DNA from: Macrostomum lignano
Lineage: Eukaryota
DNA: 64,000 nucleotides
Direction: 5' to 3'
NCBI GenBank assembly: GCA_002269645.1
Contig: NIVC01000121.1
Coordinates: 372,001-436,000 of the forward strand
The notes under the pieces were generated by a model. That model was not told the DNA's origin. It saw only the letters and a program-made list of their open reading frames with translations, and did not search any database. Below are positions 49,780 to 64,000 of the stretch, piece after piece; the first letter of the stretch is position 1; every line of letters begins with the position of its first letter. Both the position numbers and the translations under genes were made by a program.

Positions 49780-51417
49780 CAGTGCTGGGCGTTAACTAGT
49801 TAATTGTTTAACTAGTTAATTAACTAGTTAAATTTTTTAAAAAATCGTTAAATTTTCGTTAAATTTTTTATGTATTAACTAGTTAACAAAAATCGTTAAT
49901 TTTTTCCTGTAAGTTAAAGTTAAATGACAAAAGTTAATAATTCCGGGAAATGGAGTTCCCCGGGTTCAAAATCCGCGGGTTTCAACAGCTTGTATGCCAT
50001 TAAAAAGTAAAATTAATACATACATAAAATAACTTCGCCTTTCTAAGCATTATTTAATGCGTCACAAACTATTACATGTATATATTTCAGTTACAAGTTA
50101 TAATGTATAGAATATTCCGGAAGATTCTGGAATCTTCAACTATTATCTATTGATATTCTACCCAAGCACTACTAGAAGTTATCGTTGTACATAGGGATGT
50201 CGATTCCCCAGGGAATTTTCTTATTGGGGACCTGGGGAATTTACTGTCATTCCACGGGGATCCCGGGGAAAAAATAAGTAAAAAACGGCGGATAACTTAG
50301 ATCTTTATAAGTCACTAAGTGGCATTTTTTAAACTTTGATTAAAGCTTTGGATGGACTACATATTCAAGGCGCAAGGGTAAAAACTTTAAGCAATGTTTG
50401 TTTAAAACTGTATTTGACAACATGGCATCACCAAATCGTGTGCACACCTTTATCAGAAAGGGTCCAGACTCCGGAGGCGGAAAATGCATACTCAGCAGCT
50501 GCACTCGTGGGAGGATAATTAATGAATGAGACTGTTTTTATAATCGGAATTTTAATTTCTTGCAGATACATGTAAATCACCATTTTGTCCTGTCTAATAC
50601 GGAGTATTTTGTTATTGTATGACACCCCCCTATGCGTCAGTGACTGACACAGGATATGGCGCTGTGCCTGTGTCAAATCTGTCAAGCCGTCAACGTAGAC
50701 CAACACAATAGTCAGTAAGGCTTTTTTTTCCTGACAGGTTTCTACGCTCGTACATTCAATTTGCTTGATTGAAAGACTCATAGTGAAAAAAAAACATTCA
50801 AACGGGTTGCTAATTTCATAAGACCGAAATTTCACAACGCCGAAAATTCTACATGCAATACAATCCTTATTGTAAAGTTTTCTACAATGTGAAATTTTGG
50901 TCTTATGAAGTTTCGGTCTTGTGAAGTATGGTGTTTCGGCGTTGTGAAATTTCAGTCTTATGAACCCCCCCCCCATTCAAACGTGTGTTGTGTTTGAAAT
51001 AATACATTGAAATAAGCAGTTTTGTGGTAAAAAAGCATAGACAGAGTTTCAATCAGCTTTCTGTGAATGATTTTCTTATTTAAATGGCAAAAATTTAGTT
51101 AAAAATGCTTTTTTTCTCCCCAGGGTCCCCGGTCTAATTCCCAGGGGAGTATTCCCTGACAAGCTCCCCAGGGCGCCGCGACCTGGCCACAGCCGCGCCG
51201 CGCCGACCTGAAATTTAAAAAACACGCCGAACACATGTCCAGGAAAATGTCACTTTTTCTGTTAGGGAATTATTAACTTTAACTTTTAACTTTTCAGAAG
51301 TTAAATTTTGGGCAAAAGTTAAATAATTAACTAGTTACAGTTAATTTTTTTGGAGCAATTAAATTAACTTTTTAACTTTTAACAAGTTAAAAAAATTGAT
51401 TAACTTGCCCAGCACTG
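49780..51417. mobile_element. Non-autonomous hAT-like element (1638 bp) with perfect 8-bp TSD
   Basis: TIR CAGTGCTGGGC ... GCCCAGCACTG, subterminal TTAACTAGTTAA repeats, TSD GCAATTTT at 49772-49779 and 51418-51425; no transposase ORF. Confidence 0.85.
50804..50973. mobile_element. 170-bp foldback MITE with 9-bp TSD (Mutator-like), nested in the hAT-like element
   Basis: TTCATAAGACCGAAATTTCACAACGCCG inverted against CGGCGTTGTGAAATTTCAGTCTTATGAA; CATTCAAAC at 50795-50803 and 50974-50982. Confidence 0.7.
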
Positions 51418-53930
51418 GCAATTTTAGAAATCGCTTTGGTACTAAAATACTTCGTTAAAATTGATTTTGTCAAAATTGTACTTATTTTTAATATAGGCGA
51501 CCTTAATTCATTGCACTACTCGTACATCGAAACTACAAAATCTTTGGCACTTTCTTCAACAATTAATCTGAGTGTGTATATTATTTAGATTTCTGATCTA
51601 TTGAATATTTCTGGCTCGACATAAATATGTTGATTTTAATTGCTACTTACAGTAGTTGGTAGTATAGTATCTAACAGAATTGGTAAAATTATGTCAACAA
51701 ATGGGTTGCGATTTTCTCCCATTCTGGAATAAAATGGGTTGCGAAAATTGACAATTTTCTCCAATTCTGGACTTCCGGTGAGCAAATCAACGTGCATGGC
51801 TTCACAACTTTTGGACTTTTAAAAATAAAAATACTACCGGAGACAAGCACAATTGCTTGAAACTAATTTTGATTTCATCTTTTTTACGTCTATCTCACCC
51901 ATGTACTTTTCCTACACGCATCTGAATAATATATTAATATCATTTTTTTATATATTTAATAAACTCGTGTGATTGTGTGAACCAATTTTAAATCAATGTA
52001 TACTCTAGTTAATAAAATCGTGTGAACCAATTTTAAATCAATGTATACTCTAGATACGCTTTAAAAAAACCCAGAAGTTGAGAAAATAATCTATTAATTA
52101 AAAATTTATCTCACAGAGGAATTCCAAAGCTAAATCTCAAACCTCTAATATTTTTGCTTGTATTTTTTGCGCGATGCTATCCAGCCTATCCTTCGTTGTT
52201 AATCGAATTGTGCCAGAAATATTTGTTAAACTCTTTTTGAGAACAGCGCTATTAAGGTCACCTACAGAACATTTTTGTTAAAACTGTTAACTTGTTTAAC
52301 TTCTAAACACTTCTTTAGAGTATCAAATATTAATATCAAGTAGCTATCCTGCATACAAGCTTAAAATGTTACTCCATTTTTAAATCCCTGCTTTCTATAC
52401 TTTGTAAAATAAAAAGACAAATAAAGAGGAACTCGCGAACAGCGGAATGTGTATTTACACAACACGAGGGAGCTGCTGACGATGCGAGACAGTAGACAGC
52501 CACAAAATAGAGAGAAGTCAAAAAGAAAGAAGCTTATACTAAAGTAACAGTCGAATATAGATCAATTATAGACATGGATGATAATTTTTTTAGATCAAAT
52601 TGGACTTCGACACTTCGTACAGCTCTTACAGTAGTTAAAATCACTGCAACATTCTATGCTGAGAAAGGGATGGAACAATTTCATAACTCTTTCAGTAAAT
52701 ATACGTACGCTCGTAATAACTAATTCGTTGAAGCACAAGCAAGCTCAGACGCGAAAAAAGCAAAACAAAAGCAACTTCAAGAAAACAACTGACTACTAAA
52801 TGTTCATGCAGACACAGAGTCGAAGGATGCAATGAATTATAGAGAGGTAAGACTGTGTTGTCCAATTAGACAAGACCCGCACTGTACTATACAACAACCA
52901 CCTCACTCCGGGCCGCCGCTTTTTAAGATAAACTAGCCTCGTCCTGATATAAGCTGTTCTAATTGGCTAAGCCGTTCAAGCCAGATTCTAATCCAGAAAC
53001 TAAAGTGAAAACTGAATCCTGCGCTGCGCAGCAGCGATTGGTCTTCACGCTTCCCCACAAATTCTGGCGACCAATTACAAAATGAGACCGTAATAGACAG
53101 CCACCTCACTCCGCCGCTTTTCAGTAAATCCTACTAATTGACTGAACGGTTCAAGGTCATTCACTCTGTCGCTTTCCCCTAGGCTAGGGCTAGACCATAA
53201 TAATATTATACGAGCTATCTATATTCTACGAGCATAATTTCTCCTTATCTCGACACGACACGATATCATCGGTTTATTATATCATTAAGGCATGAAGTAG
53301 ATACTCGTAAACGGAGTTTATAGCAATACCAACCAATTCTAGCTGCTTAATTAGCTCTAATTGATTAGTTGACAAACGACACATGAACCCATCTGTGCAA
53401 TCAACACGCATACAAACAAAACGAAACAAGTATGGTATAAAAAAACGATAAATATCGATTAAAACAAACACACCTTTGTTTTATAGAGCGCATATTTCTA
53501 TGCGGGAGATAGATAAGAAGCTTAGTTTTAATACAAACGACATGCTTAAAAATATTGCAATCCAACTGACGTATAGACAATAAAAGAACTGCTAGCTTTT
53601 TGCATTAACATGCTCTGAGGCAAAAAATTGTCGACAGTATTAATAACAATAATTAGATTGACAGCGCATGAAAGCATAACATTTATTAGTACTTGCTATT
53701 ATTCGTGTGTACCACAGAAGTTTTCAAGTATATTAATCAGATAGAGAGATGACAGGCGCAAAAGATCTTTAAGAACAAAGTTTCACAAAAAGCAGATACA
53801 ACGCGTATATCAGAGAATAGATTAACTGTGCGCTATTAATTAGGTTATAAATTTCACAAATAATCACGCGTCACACTATAATAACTCTTAGGACAAAGCA
53901 GGTTTACAATAACGAAGAAATTCAATCTAT

Positions 53931-64000
<10,070 letters not shown>

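Noticed and set aside
52574-52723. Short ORF MDDNFFRSNW... in intergenic DNA
   Set aside because: About 50 codons, no recognisable motif or splice partners.

Overview
Eukaryotic (metazoan) genomic DNA with GC-rich spliced exons, AT-rich spacers and about 35 tandem-repeat arrays. The gene set and style suggest a free-living flatworm such as Macrostomum, but that is inference only. Six protein-coding genes could be rebuilt with phase-consistent GT-AG introns: an innexin (+), a myosuppressin/DmsR-like peptide GPCR (+), CDK8 (-), a Topors-like RING E3 ligase (-), the 3' part of Sidekick (-), and an unrecognised 5-exon gene of about 622 aa nested antisense in a Sidekick intron (+). Also present are four copies of a tRNA-derived SINE and several non-autonomous TIR elements with target-site duplications, some nested, clustered at 45-51 kb. 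Most long ORFs in the ORF track are translations of satellites. The most striking pattern: 12 of the 14 coding introns contain their own minisatellite, often running almost to the splice sites. Four neighbouring arrays share a GTCACTC core, and one array offers in-frame cryptic acceptors. No prokaryotic features, CRISPR arrays, rRNA or intact tRNA were seen.
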